A DNA stretch of 64,000 nucleotides from Octopus sinensis (GCF_006345805.1 NC_043003.1:60016001-60080000); one strand, 5' to 3'. Shown: positions 12,995 through 28,300, counted from the stretch's first letter. Program-made: numbers and translations. Notes: generated by a model from the letters alone, not told the origin.

Positions 12995-15404
12995 ATATAT
13001 ATATGTGTATATATATATATATGTATATATATGTATATATATCATGTGTGTGTGTTTGTGTCAAGCTGTTGAATCTGTGTTGTAAAATTTTGCAGTTTGA
13101 AAATATATCTGCTGTAATGTAGTGTCTATTCGAATTGTTACTACTCCACGTATTAGCTTGCTGAACTGTTGTTTCTCTATTCAGTTTATGACCTGATAGA
13201 TATAAAGAATATCCTACTTCGTATGAATGATATTTTCTCGACAGCATGAATATCATTATTTATCAGATTCATAAAATATGTAATAGAGATTCAGTTTTAT
13301 ATTGCCGTTGTTGTTTAGCGTGGTGTAACCTTGACTGAGCAGGTATATGTGAGTAAAAATGTTTCATATTCGATCATCCCGGGAATTCTCTCGCTATTTC
13401 TAGCTATGTAACGTAGGAGTGATTTTTAGATTCAGTTATGAGTACATAAATATATATATATATATATACCTATCTATGTATATGTACGTGTACATGTGTG
13501 CGCGTGTAGATTGATGAATGGATGTGGTATTTGTTTTTCTTACAAATACAACTCCATGTGCTCTGGCCTATAATGAAACATTTGATTTATTTCCATGGAA
13601 ATTCAAAAGACAAATATACCACCCCATTTGTAAGAACACACAAGCATATTTAAGATATCATCTGAAAATATTTTTGTAATAGGGAGACCTATTTTATGAC
13701 CAAGATCTGGAAAAGGTATTCTTATATCAGTGAACTATCTATAATGCTTACAATAGAGTAAAGATATTTTAGTAAAGATATCCACTACCTAACTGTCAGT
13801 TGAATGTATTAAGTCAAGTGGTGGATTAAAATCCTTATCTAGTTGCTACTTCTGAGACGTCACTGGTCTGAGGCGTTACAAATTCAATCCGCTTTGGGGA
13901 AATATTAGGAACAGCTATATAAACAAATGTTCGTAATTATGAGATCGATACACGCTAACAATCAGCAAACCAGCGAAGGAATATTTGCTTGGTTCGATAG
14001 TATAACTTGGTACTTTTACCAGTCAAATTCCATTCCAATAAAATCTTAGTTTTTAAAGAAGGGCTATTAAAATATTGAGACATTCAGCTTGCTAAACAAG
14101 ACATAACTTGATACCTACTAAAGTAACTCCAATCATAGCTTTGCTAAATACAAACTCATCTCAGGCTAAACAACAACCAGAATAACAAATATGTTAACAA
14201 CACAGTTCTTTTCTGTAGAATGCTTACAAAAGCTATCTAAGCATAGACGACTTATTCCTAGTACGTGTATTTGATTTCCTTTCCAGACAGTTTTTATTAA
14301 CCGACGTACATGACATCAACACATTATTTATGAAGCAATAACATTACTGCAAACATTGTACATTAAATATATAGTGACAATGAAAATGCAATTCGAATGA
14401 ATTATACACGCCAAAGATAACAATTATCTGTACTCATAAGCTGAACACAGGTGTAATATCACGTTGTATGTACAAGTTTAGTTATGTCATTGCTATAGTT
14501 TATAATTCTCTTCTTCCAAAACAATGGCATTCTTTATTGCGTCCTACTGAAATTAACTTTACTCTTCATGAAAATAACTATAAATTTATTCATCAAATGA
14601 AACTTTGATAAAAAGGATATCTATATATTACGGGTATAAACAGCAAATATGTTTCTGGAAATTATTAACCTACACAGTATGAACATGAAAAATCCACTAC
14701 CATTGGCTATTATGTTCACTGTAAATGAATGGGTTTCTAAGATCTTGCAAGTAATAAAATATTATACATTCTAAGCATCAATTTCAGACAGGAAAGAGCA
14801 ACAACTTCATAAATGAGACCCGATTTGCGTTTGCTGGTAACATAAAGACAGCAAAAACAAAAAGGAAAAAGCCAAAATGGTATACAAAAAATGTAGTTAG
14901 CAAAAACAAAAAAATCAATTGATATGAGTATTTCGCAATATAATCAATAACTCTCTAATCCCTGTAGCCCCCAGATACATTGTATATCAAAACTTACGAG
15001 ATATACAGATAGAAGGTTACTATATTTTGTTGTACAGGTAAATGAGCTGCATAGATATACTAACCGTCCGCATAAGAGAAAATTGTTAAATAAATCTTGA
15101 AATACATAATGTAGAGAGTAACAAAAAGAAAATCATTGTGACTTCTGTGATTAGTCCATGCAGATGGTGTCCCTAGGAATTTCCTTGTCTTTGATTGTAG
15201 CAATGCAATGTTTAAAAACGTTGCAAGTTAGTTTTCTCCTGTATCCTTAACAGACTGAATCAAATCTCGCAAACTTGGGAAATAAATATATATTTGCTTT
15301 CATTTTTAAATAACAACCACTAAGTTATAAATTAGTCGATAAAAAGGAAAATATTTCTTATTTCAACACGCGCATGTCTTCCTTTCATCTTTCTTACTAA
15401 CTTC

Positions 15405-15522
15405 AGTCATGCAGGGGTACTGCCTCGAAGGGTTTAGTTGAACTAATCGACCCTAGTAGTTGTGTTTTCAAAACAACTTGGCATTTATTCTATCAGTCTC
15501 TTTTGCTGAACTGATGACTTAA
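15405..15522 (-). mobile_element. SINE family A 3' module, degraded
   Basis: tttattctatcagtctcttttgctgaact matches the reverse complement of the 3' module. Confidence 0.55.
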
Positions 15523-17028
15523 GCAATCAATCGTTAGAAAGAGACGTTGGCGGGAAGAAACCTAACTTGTTATCCTCAAGTTGATTTTCATGTCTACCTT
15601 CCACTATGTCTAGCCTCATCTATGTCCATGAACGTCACGTAATGACCGATATGGTGCAATTACAAATAAAAGCGGCTGAAATACAGTTAGTCTGACGATT
15701 CTTTCAAGTAACGTTATTCGACAGCGTGTATAGCGCAGAGATCAAGGTCGTGACGCTACTTTACGTATTGAGAGCTCACAGTTGCAATGCTATCGACATG
15801 TGGTTAGAATGTTGCAGGAATAGATCATAAGATAGTTTCATTAAGCCAAACCAATAACCAGGACACTTGGGGTAGATCAGGAATGAAACGATGGCTATGT
15901 ATTTATATAAGTGTCGTTTCACTGTAACTACGTATAACAACATATGGAACATGAATAGTATTCTAGCGCTCCACATCTTACTTGAATGTTGACTCACGTA
16001 ATTAATATTTATATGTTCAATAATCTTGAGAAACATTACTTTCGAACGAATAGCAATGTCGCTAAAGTCTTAGAAATACATGTAGATTTAAGTAATTAAG
16101 TATAATTAGTGAATTTATACCAATGTAAACATTGACATTGGATTGTAATTTGTTAATTAATTACTATTAATGGTAGAAGTACTTGTGATGAAGTTAACAT
16201 CACAAAGTTTTTAATGTATATTTGTGTGTGCGTTTGTATGCATTTGTGCCAATGTACTCATAAACATACGCATAGAAGTATCTCGTTTAAACAGATAACG
16301 AACTAGTGCTGCACACGATTATATGAAATAGAAATAAAAGAAATATATTATGTCACATCCACTCTTAATTAACACCAGCCATTCATAAAATGACATTATA
16401 GGTATGTATATTAGCAGACACCATCTGCATTATTGTTCCAACATTAGACAAAGCTGACATGCTGTAGACATTAGGTAATTTCTCAAAAGAAAAACAAAAC
16501 CCTTATATGCAGAAACACTTTAGTTACGATGTTTGGCTTATATTTTTGTGTACATGTTCATAGAAATAAGACAAAATGAAAATGTAAACATGCGAGCATT
16601 ACAAAGGCAATTTTATTCAACAATCATCTATTATATACAAATATATCAGTAAGTATATAATTGCATATATTCATACACCTATATATATATATACACGTAC
16701 ACATAGATGTCCATGTAGATATATCTTGAATGATATCTGAATTCTTAAAAGATGCACCATTTATGATTCATAATAGCGTTGACACAACATAACTGAGAGA
16801 TTTGTGGTGTTAGGTACTTGAGAGGTTGTGTAGTTAGTCTGAGGAATCATAGATATCAAACAAAATATATTTGTTAATTTTTCCATGAAAATATCAATTG
16901 TCGAATCCTTCTTCATAAGTTACTATTAGAAATCAACTTGATGAAAGAGATGCCAAATCATGCCTAAGATGGCAGGACATGGAGAATAATGTAGTCTTAG
17001 ATATTGTGCTGATGGACTCACTGGTTAC

Positions 17029-17250
17029 TTCGACGCAGCTGCACATTCAACGACTGCCTGAGTGCGGGATCAAAACTGCAGAGTTCTAGGAACATCCTCT
17101 GCCCGTCATTGCTACCTCGTTTTATATCACTACAGGACTTATGAAAAGAGTCTGATGGTGTTGCTGTTGTTGTCTTAATTTTCTGGAGAACTAAACGATG
17201 GATGTTATGATAACGGGCATTCTCTTGCCTTTCAGATTTGATTTCGTCTG
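17029..17250 (+). mobile_element. Possible BEL/Pao LTR-retrotransposon reverse transcriptase relic
   Basis: FDAAA (17029), then after a frameshift FNDCLSAGSKLQ (17046), later LIFWRT and LPF. Resembles BEL/Pao VFDASA..SLNDCL.AGP.LQ...LRFLW...RLPFG, but is heavily decayed. Confidence 0.35.
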
Positions 17251-17469
17251 GTGCAACAAATGCCACGAAGCTACTAGTTTATCAGGTTGCAAGATTTCAG
17301 TGGAGTTACTTTCTCTTAAATGAGTGTGCTAAGGGATGAAGGGGTTCATTTGCTCTGAGTTACCTCTTTATAAACGGAGTAAAGAAAACTAGTCATTGTC
17401 AGAATACACTTTGATTGTAAGTTTGCTTGATCAGGAATGACCTTGGACTAAAATATTAATAGAAGATAT

Positions 17470-17512
<43 letters not shown>

Positions 17513-17570
17513 ACCCACCCCCACACACACACATATATATATATATATATACACATATATATATATATAT

Positions 17571-17650
<80 letters not shown>

Positions 17651-18284
17651 ATTCATATATATGTATGCATGTATGTATGTACGTACATATGTACATATGT
17701 ATGCCGGGCTACTGAGCGATTTCTATATGGGGAATTGTTATTCATGGAGAGAGATATGTTTCTGTAATTTTAATTGACTCGTCATCGCAGTCAACGTTGT
17801 AAATAAAAAAAATAGTTATATATGTGTTTGTATGTGTATGTGTGTTTTGTGTGTCTTAAATTTTTTATTTATTTTTGTTTCATATTTATATTATCAATTT
17901 TCAACACTTTATGTTTGTTCAATTCCGAGCGATACGCTTAAAAAAGAACAAGAATACATAGCCGCCACTTACATGTTTGTCACACACTCGTTCATTATAA
18001 TTGCTTCTTCACTTTTAATATAGCAGTTATCGACAAAGTAACGCGACTCCTTTACTCTACATATGTATGTGTAGTGTATGTAGTCCTTTCTCCACAGCTC
18101 ACTACATTATCCGACACATCACATCACAGCACACCTCACCACCATTACCCGACACCACATCACACATTCACCAGACAACAAAGGCGACACATAATATGCT
18201 AACATGAGCATAGACAGAGAAGAGTATTATTATTAACCACAAAGGTTATTATTATTATTATTACTATTATTATTATTAAAATTT

Positions 18285-18483
18285 CGGTGAGTGGGTAGAA
18301 TCGTTAGCAAACAGCTTAGCGGCATTTCGTCCAATTTTACGGTCTGAGTTCAAATTCCGTTCAGGTCGGGTTTGCTCTACATCATTTTGGGGTCCAAAAA
18401 TCAACACCAGTTGAGCTCTAGAGCCAATGGAATCAACTTAAAAACTCCCCCAGAAATTGCTGGCCTTGTGCCAAATTTGAAGC

Positions 18484-18486
<3 letters not shown>
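18285..18486 (+). mobile_element. tRNA-type SINE family B
   Basis: ggtgagtgggtagaatcgttagc head, B-box-like gagttcaaattcc, tail gaaattgctggccttgtgccaaatttga followed by (ATT)n. Confidence 0.8.
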
Positions 18487-18532
<46 letters not shown>

Positions 18533-19087
18533 GAGTGAGAGAGCAGTGCATGCCATTAAAGTGACACTGGGGTAAAATATACGAAGCCCAGTATATACAT
18601 CATTACTACCTGTCTGATAAGGTACACCCGGTATATGCATCACAGCCATATGTGCACGACATAATGATCTCATATTAAGACAAACAGCGCATGAACTTGC
18701 AGGTGGGGGGCCCAGTTAGAATTTTCTTCTGGTCGAGTAGCCCATCTCGTTCAAAAGATCCCTGAATGAGGATTGTTTAAGGATGTTGAACGAACCACCC
18801 ATGTTTACAAAGGTGAATTATCCAAACCTCTAAGAATTCATTTCCACACACGGATATGATGCTCTCCCACTACTTCTGCTCGTGATCAGAGATGCACATA
18901 TCGTCAGCCACTAAGGGACATGGTCAACTGGTTACGGTCAAACAACTGACAAGCAAATCTGTGGTATTGAGCAGAATATTTGCTGTAGTCCACCATTTTC
19001 AGCAAGACAAAACAATGTACATGATAACACTTCCAATCAACTAAGATCAGCAGCCATAAGAACCACTGCCTGGTACTGCACCAGGGT
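18533..19087 (-). mobile_element. Unclassified ~555-bp non-coding interspersed element flanked by ATT/ATA repeats (copy 1, longest)
   Basis: Homologous to 30400-30914, 38455-38771 and 39235-39470 (shared blocks gcagtgcatg..aaagtgacactg, gagtagccc, ttgtttaaggatg, gctcgtgatcagagatgca, atctgtggtattga.cagaatatttgctgtag). No meaningful ORF. Strand is inferred from tail polarity. Confidence 0.8.
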
Positions 19088-19097
19088 ATTTATTATC

Positions 19098-19152
<55 letters not shown>

Positions 19153-19183
19153 TAATAATAATGATAATAATAATAATAATAAC

Positions 19184-19239
<56 letters not shown>

Positions 19240-19543
19240 TAATAAAAATAACTAGTCGGCAAGGTTTCAGAATTGTTACCGCCCGTAATATAATGATCAT
19301 CATTTCCTACGTCTGTACGCTCTGAGCACAAATACTGCCGATGTCGCGTTTGTCTTAGCTCAGCTGAACGAAATCCGAATTTATGTTTAACAACGGGAGC
19401 AACATATAAAAAAATACAATGCAAATCCAAACTTCATCACGCTCTCTCATTGCGAATTTTTTTCAATGCAATGCAACAAACGATTAAATTAAATATCAAG
19501 TGTTAAGTATTTATAATGTCATTATGTGTCTATATATGTGTGT

Positions 19544-19617
<74 letters not shown>

Positions 19618-19947
19618 GTGTCTATGTATGTATGTATGTATGTATACGTACCTATGTATGCATTTATATTCTCACCATGTCATTTATTATTGACATGTTC
19701 AATGGCACATTAATTAAGGGAAATGAAACGTCTGTATTTTGTTTTTCTCTTTTTTGTAGATTATTTTCTCCTCGTTCTGCACAAATATACAAGCCAATTC
19801 ACAGTGCTTAGAACACTTCTTGCTAAAAAGTATGCTAAATTATCAAAATTCATATATTGCACGTTGCTGAGGTGTCGAAATAGTGACTAAATAGAAAAAT
19901 GCATTTAACATAGATTTCCCGAACTAATATGTGCTTGTATACGCATC

Positions 19948-19993
<46 letters not shown>

Positions 19994-20232
19994 ATATATA
20001 TAAACATATTTCCTAAAACGAATGGTGTACACCTGGTAGCTTACTGGTAAAGCACGGTCACTTTCACAGAGATCGTTATGTATATGGCAAGTGAAAGACA
20101 GAAGATAGAATATACGAGAATTTATTATTAATCACGACAATCGTTTCGGCACATCTAGTAATTAATAGTAATTGCTCGTATATTCCATCTTCCGTCTTTC
20201 ATTTGCCATATATATATATATATATATATATG

Positions 20233-20273
<41 letters not shown>

Positions 20274-20300
20274 TTATACTTATACACGTACGCATGCATG

Positions 20301-20359
<59 letters not shown>

Positions 20360-20807
20360 TTATGTATGTGTATAGACACACACACACATACATGCATATA
20401 TAAATACACAGCAGCGTATTTGGGTGTGTGCGTGTGTCTGCCTGTACATACATTTCTAAGCATGTACATGCAGAGTCATACTTCCATCCACGTTCACTCA
20501 CACATACATACATATAGATACACATATTCAGAAACACACACACACACACATACACATACATAAACACATATCCATACACTCACTCAATTACAAAGGCGCA
20601 CACACCACACAAAGTGGCACAAAACCTTATATTTCAGTTGAATGAAACACACTGTACACATAAAAATGGGTTAATGAAATTCCGAGACGTTGGGAATGTT
20701 TGATCAAATGATTTTTATTGCAGTTTAACTTCCTTTTTGTTTAAGTTGTAATTCAATTCTTCTTGCAAATGATCAACTTCTTATCAAGTATTTTTGTTTG
20801 TTTTCAG

Positions 20808-20949
20808 GAGAAGCAATAAGATTGGCTCGGGATTTCGGTTATTTGTGTGAGACAGAATTTCCGGCGAGGCAATGTGCAGAATACACATGCAGGCAGTATA
20901 CAGATCCAACTGAGCAGCACACACGTAAAAACATGATCCTAGCGACTAA
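20808..20949 (+). CDS. TFAP2: Transcription factor AP-2, penultimate coding exon (helix-span-helix region)
   Basis: Acceptor tttttgtttgttttcag before 20808 and donor gtgagt at 20950. Translates (G)[46 protein letters not shown](K), recognisably homologous to vertebrate AP-2 [21 protein letters not shown]...KNMLLATK. The phase-2 end (AA) joins in frame to the next exon (A CAA TTA = KQL). Confidence 0.96.
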
Positions 20950-21300
20950 GTGAGTTCGTTTTATATTTTTGTCTCTGTATATGTATAAGTGTGTGTGTGA
21001 TTGTGAGTTCTTCGTGAAAACTGTGTATATGCAAATAGGTAGGTATGTAGATACGTGCGTACGAGCTTCTGCATATATTAAAAGTGTATATTAATACTTG
21101 CATACATGTAATTAGACATCTACCGGTTTGTTCACAGTTAGGTATTGAAAATAGGTTATTGAACGGTTACATATATAAAAGCGAATTAAAGGTAATGCTA
21201 ATGGTACTTCGCAATAATCTTTATACATACATGCATACATACATATATACATATATAATACATACATACATATATATATATGTATATATATACATGTATA

Positions 21301-21449
21301 TACGACGGGATTGTTTCCGTTTCCGTCTACCAAATCCACTGACAAGGCATTGGTCGGCCCAAGGCTATAGTAGAAGACACTTCCCCAAGGTACCACGCAA
21401 TGGGATTGAACCCGGAACAATGTGGTTGGTAATTACCTCACAGCCACTG
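21301..21449 (-). mobile_element. SINE family A head module in last TFAP2 intron
   Basis: ttccgtctaccaaatccact.acaaggc.ttggtcggcccaaggctatagtagaagacactt.cccaaggt is the reverse complement of the family A head. Confidence 0.85.
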
Positions 21450-22250
21450 GGGGTTTATTACATAAAACCATTGACTAGCTCCACTTGTCTTAAATTCTAC
21501 TTGGTGGAGAACACTCGCTTTCATCATAAATCTATTTCACGTAATTATGAAGTCACCAAAGACCAGTAATAAGTGGGTGAATAAGAGCCTTTCGTTGTTT
21601 TAGCCTTATACTTGAAGTAATGTAACAGACCTATGATCAAATATAATATTTTGATCTGCCCGTGATTTTAAGAATATCTAGGATTGTATTATCCTTTCAC
21701 GGGGCGTTTTGGTTAGATTTGCATGAGATTCGTTAGACTATATATATGTTGGAGGGAAAATGTACAGAATTCATTGATGCTGTCGAAGCAATTGAATATA
21801 TTGCTGTCTACTTGAATCTTGTTGCTCTTTACGGCAAAGTACATCAACGTTAAGAAACACTAACACCAGATAGTGGTGTGTCACTGCTTGCTTTCGTAAT
21901 TAAATCTAAAGCTTTACAGTTGGAATAGATTTCTGAATCATAATTTTCAATGTACAGATGTATGTGGTGGGAGAAAGTATGGAAAAGGTTTATAAAACAG
22001 GGTGTGTTAGGTACATTCCTCATAATGTGGTGATTAGATAATTACAATTAATTCGAGAACGAAAATGTTTGCAAAGAAATAAGGTGACACTGAACTACTT
22101 GGTTTAAAATCAACCACGTGGAATAATCTGTCATATAACAGGTGACATATTCAGCGGATTAACATACACATAGTGTGAGACAAATAGACGCTTTACTTAA
22201 ACACTGAATACAAACAAGAGAAGAAAATGGCCTGTAGTGAACAATAGGCA

Positions 22251-22301
<51 letters not shown>

Positions 22302-22587
22302 GATGATAATAATAATAATAATAACAATAACAACAACAACAACAGCAACAACAATAATAATAACAATGAAAATAATGATAAAAGAAAATTAGACATGAAT
22401 TTAGGGAGACTTCTGATTAATAACAATGAGAATTTTTTGGGCGATTCTATTTGTTTATTTAACAATGACACCTGAAATACTTTAAAGGCAGATAAATAGT
22501 CAATTAAGTATTTGCTATATTAAATTGGATTATATATACACATATGCACATACATATATACCTACACATGTATATACTTATATTTAT

Positions 22588-22660
<73 letters not shown>

Positions 22661-23202
22661 TACATATATGCGTGCTATGTGATTCTTAATTCTCTATAAC
22701 AACAAATATTAGGGGAAGACATGGATTGATATCTTGAAATATCAACTAATTACGAAATCAAATAATCTAAACCCAGTGCTCTCAGCTTGTATTTCACTCA
22801 TAGAAAACAGATTTATACCCACGCATGTTCACAAACACAGACAGATGCGTACCCGTTTAAAGAGGCTGAGGCTGAAATACGCAGTCTAACAGACATATAA
22901 AGATGCAACTTATAACCTGACACTTTCACATGGGCATCTGTGTATACATAAACGTACGTGCTCTCTCTCTCACACACACACTCACAGAATGCAAAGACAA
23001 ACCGCTTGCCGTGCTTATCACGTGTGAAGCGCGTTTTGTAATTTCCCTGGAGGAAAATTATGAAAAGAATGTCTTAAATATATCGATTTTTACGCCATTC
23101 TGAATAAATTGAAAAACTTCTACATGTCTGTATCAACATATGCACATATGCATGCATATGCATACATACATACATATATGCATACATATATGTATATATG
23201 TA

Positions 23203-23280
<78 letters not shown>

Positions 23281-23654
23281 TGTATGTATGCACATAGCAA
23301 TACTACTGTATGCAGAAAAATACTTAAATGCATAGTTTCCTTGAGAACAGTGAAAAAATGTAAATAAACAAAGGAAGACAGAAACCATTCCCAAAAGAGC
23401 AGAAAATTTCACTTTAATGTAGCATGATGCACGTATAATGTTTATTGTTACTTTGTTTTGAAAACACTTTTCAGACGACCTCGCTTTAACGTTTTACTAA
23501 TATTGTCTATTATAGGAGCCAATTTATAGCAATATGCTGTTCGTTTCTTTTGCTTTGCATTATTGTAATTTTGTCGACTCTTGCATTTTCTTCTTCCATT
23601 TACACATATATTTTACATATACTTATGTTTCTTTATTTTTTATCTCTCTTACAG

Positions 23655-23958
23655 ACAATTACTTAAAGAATTAGTGGATTTATTAAACCAAGACAGATCC
23701 CCGTTAGGAAATGCGCGTCCTCAGTTAATTTTGGAACAAGGAATTCAGCGGCACTTGACACATTTCAGCTTGATCACTCACGGTTTTGGTAGCCCGGCTG
23801 TAGCTGCAGCTCTTACAGCTGTCCAGAACTACCTGAATGAAATGTTAAAATATCTAGACAAAAATTACCCCTCGCAAAACTCCCAGGTCTCATCTGCTAA
23901 CCAACTGGACTCAACTGGCAAAGCAAAATCTGAAAAAGATGAAAATCGGAGAGAATGA
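23655..23958 (+). CDS. TFAP2: Transcription factor AP-2, last coding exon (dimerisation domain C-terminus)
   Basis: Acceptor tatctctcttacag ends at 23654. Translates (K)[69 protein letters not shown]...[10 protein letters not shown], stop TGA at 23956-23958. Matches the AP-2 signature QDRSPLG..RP..ILE.GIQ..LTHF.LI.HGFGSPA..AA.TA.QNYL. Confidence 0.97.
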
Positions 23959-24250
23959 GATTTATTTTGAATGTTTTTTTTTTATATACATACATGTATA
24001 CATTTCTATACATATACATATTTGCATGCCGGTGTTTTGATATGCATGCATTTATAGACATATTTCTACATGAAAATATGTGAATATATATATACATATA
24101 TACACATACATATAACTTTCATATATATATATTATATACATCCATATATATATATCATATATGTATATAATTGTTTAAATGTGTGTATATGTATATATGT
24201 ATAATTATATCTATATGCTTACATATGTATACATGTATGTGTATATATAT

Positions 24251-24303
<53 letters not shown>

Positions 24304-27300
24304 TTGTATACATATGCATATATTTATATAGGCAAATGAAAAACTGTCAAAACACACATATTCTTATACCTGCACATTCGACTGTGCATGTGTATATTTA
24401 TATGTGAGTGTATGCATGTATTTATGTATGTATGTACTTATGTATATATGCACAACAGAGTTCTAAAAACTCAAAGGGAACGTCAAATGGTTAAATCAGA
24501 AATCATATCTCATAGGAAAGAAAGGATGAAGAAGGCAGAAAAAGCGGTGACAAATATGGTAAAAAAAAAGGAAAACAATTTGACAATCAAAACCACGAAA
24601 CAATACACAATACTTTCATACAAAGTGAGGATTTTTTAATTATTTTTTGTTAAAACAGAACAGTGTCCAGTTTAAGGATAGCATTTTCATTCATTTCTAC
24701 TAACAGGAAATGATTCACTCTTTAAGCTGATTGCCAAATCGGAAGGTGTCACTAATAAATAATAGAAATTGGACAGTTTAACGCATGAGAGTGTAGTCTC
24801 GCCACCACGGGTCACTGCTCAACCATAATGAAAGAGAAAAAAACTGTTCGTCCTGGGTAAACTGAATTTGTTGGGACTTGTTCCAAGAAAGAACAGAAAA
24901 TTCCAGATCGTCACGATAAACAATTGTTCGATGCTAACTTAATTCTTTACTATCAAAGAAACCAAAACAATATTTAAAAACAAGCAACTAAAAGCTGAAT
25001 AATACTGAGAATAAAAAAAAAACGAATATCAACATAAAATGTAAACACAAAACGAGGAACAAATCTTTCTGTCCCTACAAGAACAAAATAAAAAATTTAC
25101 AAGAATATCTTGCCAAATCTTACGTGGTTTACCTTCGGTCTTGCTTCCGTGTGTATGACTGTTAAAAACGCTCTGTAAACTGAAAAAAAAAACGCTTTAA
25201 AAAACTTGTGCATTGTCAAACTAAGCATAATAATATTGAAAAAAAGAGAAAAAAATTTATATCTTATGTCATAACAAAACACTCTCACGTACACAAACAT
25301 ACAAATACATTTAAATAAACATAAAAATACAACTGTATATTTGGAGTGAATGATGAATCTATGTCATGAATGAAACGCATGTGAGGATGTATCCTACCCC
25401 CTTCCACTAATATTCCATACAATAATAACATAAACAATTCATCTTCTTGAAGACCATAATACACACAAAATAAAAAAAACAAAAAGAAGACTTATGGACA
25501 TTTAGAAAATGTTAATATCTATGAACCACTACAAGGACAATTACATGAAAAAAAAAAACAAGAACCTAAGATGAATGAAACTTTATATAATTACTCAATG
25601 TATTCGAGTACATAAGACTGGAAAAAAGTTTTTAACATTTTGAGAAAAAATATTTAAAATTAAATCACACACACACAAATAATTTCAAACTATTAATTTG
25701 TAAAAGACTGGGTGAATGTGACGTCCATTCCTTGATTTGGATTTTTCCTCCCCATCACCACCTTTGAAAAAGAAATTAATGAAGAAAATATTTTAGAATG
25801 AAAATATATTAATTAATAATAACGATAATTTTAATAATGGTAATGATAATAATAATAATTATATTAACAACAATAATATTAATGGTGGTGTTGGTAATGA
25901 TAATATAAATAATAAAACATTTGGTCGAAAAGTGGCATTCCAGTTTGCTATGTACTTGGGGGGAAAATGCAAAATAATAAAAGAGAAAGAAAAACCCTGA
26001 AAAGCTCCTGATCTGATTTCACTTGAAAAGATTCCGTTTTTTAGGGAGGTAAACATCCTGGGTATGATCTTTGCTGTTTTTGTCGTGCAATCTTCTTGCT
26101 CAAAATTAAAAAAAAAAGAAAAGATATAATGATAATTGTAATAATAAATTTCTCTGCCGAAAGAAGGAAGGTTTAAGTTTGAGAATGATGCTGTAAACTG
26201 GCATTATTAAAGTTTGTATAATTTCGTTAAGAGATCAACAGCCTAATGTCTTTATCGATATGTATGGCTTCAAAATAGTTTCAAGTTTCTTGGTAGTGTG
26301 TCATTTTGTATAGACCAATAAGTTTATGGGTCATCCTAGCCAAACTGCATGTGCCATAAAAATGGATATTATATATTTCTCTTTATGCTACAAAATAATA
26401 TCACCATGGAAATTTATTATTATTATTATTATAATTATTACTATTATTATCATTAATATTACCACCATGGTCATTACTTTTTTATAATTATCCACAAATC
26501 TATTAATGTCACCATCAATTTACCAAATTCCATTTTTCTTCCGTTTATTGACTTACCTATTTGTATTAAACTTACGTTACAATTTCCATTGGAGGCTTAC
26601 TGTTTGATAAACTGCATAGAAAATGTATCAATGATTTCTGTTAGTAAATGTTTCTTTTTTTTATATATTTGACAAATCTTTGCAATATAAATATACTACG
26701 ATCTATTTCTTTGTAAATACACATTACCTCTGAGAACTAACTTCTAGTTTCGAACATTCTATTAAGTACGCTAGTTTTTGAAAAGATTGAAAGCCGACTC
26801 ACTCAATATAAGTGAAAGAATTGATATTGAAAATATGGTGCGGAGCATTACGTTGCATACAGTCTACAATATGAACTGCACCATATTGGAATTTTTACCT
26901 CAATGTACACTTGCGCAAAAATGTACAAAAACTCTGGAATGAAAGTAGTTCCGTATAAAATGTCATTATTGCAAGATTCCTGCTCTTCTCTCGTGGCAGT
27001 ATAAATCTTGTGTAATATACGCTATTCATTCAGGTATCTACTCTTATTAACCTTTCAGTTTGCGGGAATTCTAACACATGACCCAGATATACTTTTAAAA
27101 CGTGCTCTTTACTTGATGCACGTAACTATTACTATCAAACCACTTTATACACGACAGCAGTTGCAATGAAAATGCACATTCTCTGTTCACGTGTGCAAAA
27201 TGTTCAGTATAAATAAATCCACAAATTTTACAAGAAAATATAATTTAAGTTTAATGAAACGCTTTATAGGTACAATCTTCTAGTGATCTATGATATCAAA

Positions 27301-28300
27301 TAGAATATATTTTAAATTTAGAGGAAAGCGTTTTAATTTCATTTCACTAAATTATTATTTTGGTGCTAACTTATGAAGTAGAAAATTTTCGAAAACCAGA
27401 CTAAGAATTACCAATTATTTACATTTCAATGAATAAGGTTTAAACAACAATTATATGGTTAAAACTATTTTTTCCTAGCTTTATATATAGCTTACATCAT
27501 CAGCAACATATATTGTAAGTATTCTGAGATTCGGATTATTTACTTACAAACTGAATCAACAATAATTGCTTCTCCGGGAGTATATTACAATCGATCCTTC
27601 TATAATTTCAATAGAAAATGATTAAAATAATAATAAAAAAAAAACAAGAAACAGACAATATTTAAGTATGAAAAAATAGATCATTAAAATTAGTCAGAAT
27701 ACTGCAATTCCTTGAATCAAAATAAACAGTTGATAATAGAATTGAATTATCATCACGTAGATATTTACTTCAAATCTACCGATATCGTTTCGTTACCTGT
27801 CTAAGCAAGACATATTCTTCTGCGCGCTTAAAGTTCAACTAAACGTATAAATTCTTTTGAAATTTTAACAGCAGCAGGTTGATATGCCATTTTGAAAACA
27901 TTCATCTCAGAAAGAGATTTTAAGTGCTGGATCTAGTGGCTGTCTGCCGACTTCCCGCTCTCTAAATAACACGTGTCTATAGGGATGTGGCTGACATTGA
28001 CTTAAATATCAACAAGAAAAAATAATAATTCACTCTGCTAGAAGTCAGCACTAAAGCATATATACGATTTTATTACGCGAATTAAAAAGGAGCTTAGATC
28101 TTTCATACAAGTAAATATTTTCCCTGGATGAGATGTTGCAATTCTCGAAATATTACGTGATAGATACGTTCAATTTACAGTTAATTCGATAATGATTATG
28201 AATGTGATATCTAGTTGACTTGGTGGTTAGTTGACACAGGACCATGGTTAAACAAAGGGAGGTTTACACAAATATGTGAATGTGTGTATTATTTCATTCA
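23959..28300 (+). other. Candidate TFAP2 3'UTR (end not determinable)
   Basis: Follows the stop codon. After a degenerate TA tract (~23990-24420), about 3.9 kb contains no recognisable SINE or long microsatellite. Several AATAAA hexamers occur (e.g. 24754, 25010). Confidence 0.4.

Noticed and set aside
20817-20822. AP-2 reads EAIRLARDF where vertebrates have EAVHLARDF
   Set aside because: I cannot tell without an alignment whether R is the normal lophotrochozoan state; not claimed as novel.
23581-23654. N-terminal part of ORF 23581..23958 (MHFLLPF...)
   Set aside because: It is the intronic pyrimidine tract; the real exon starts after the AG at 23654.
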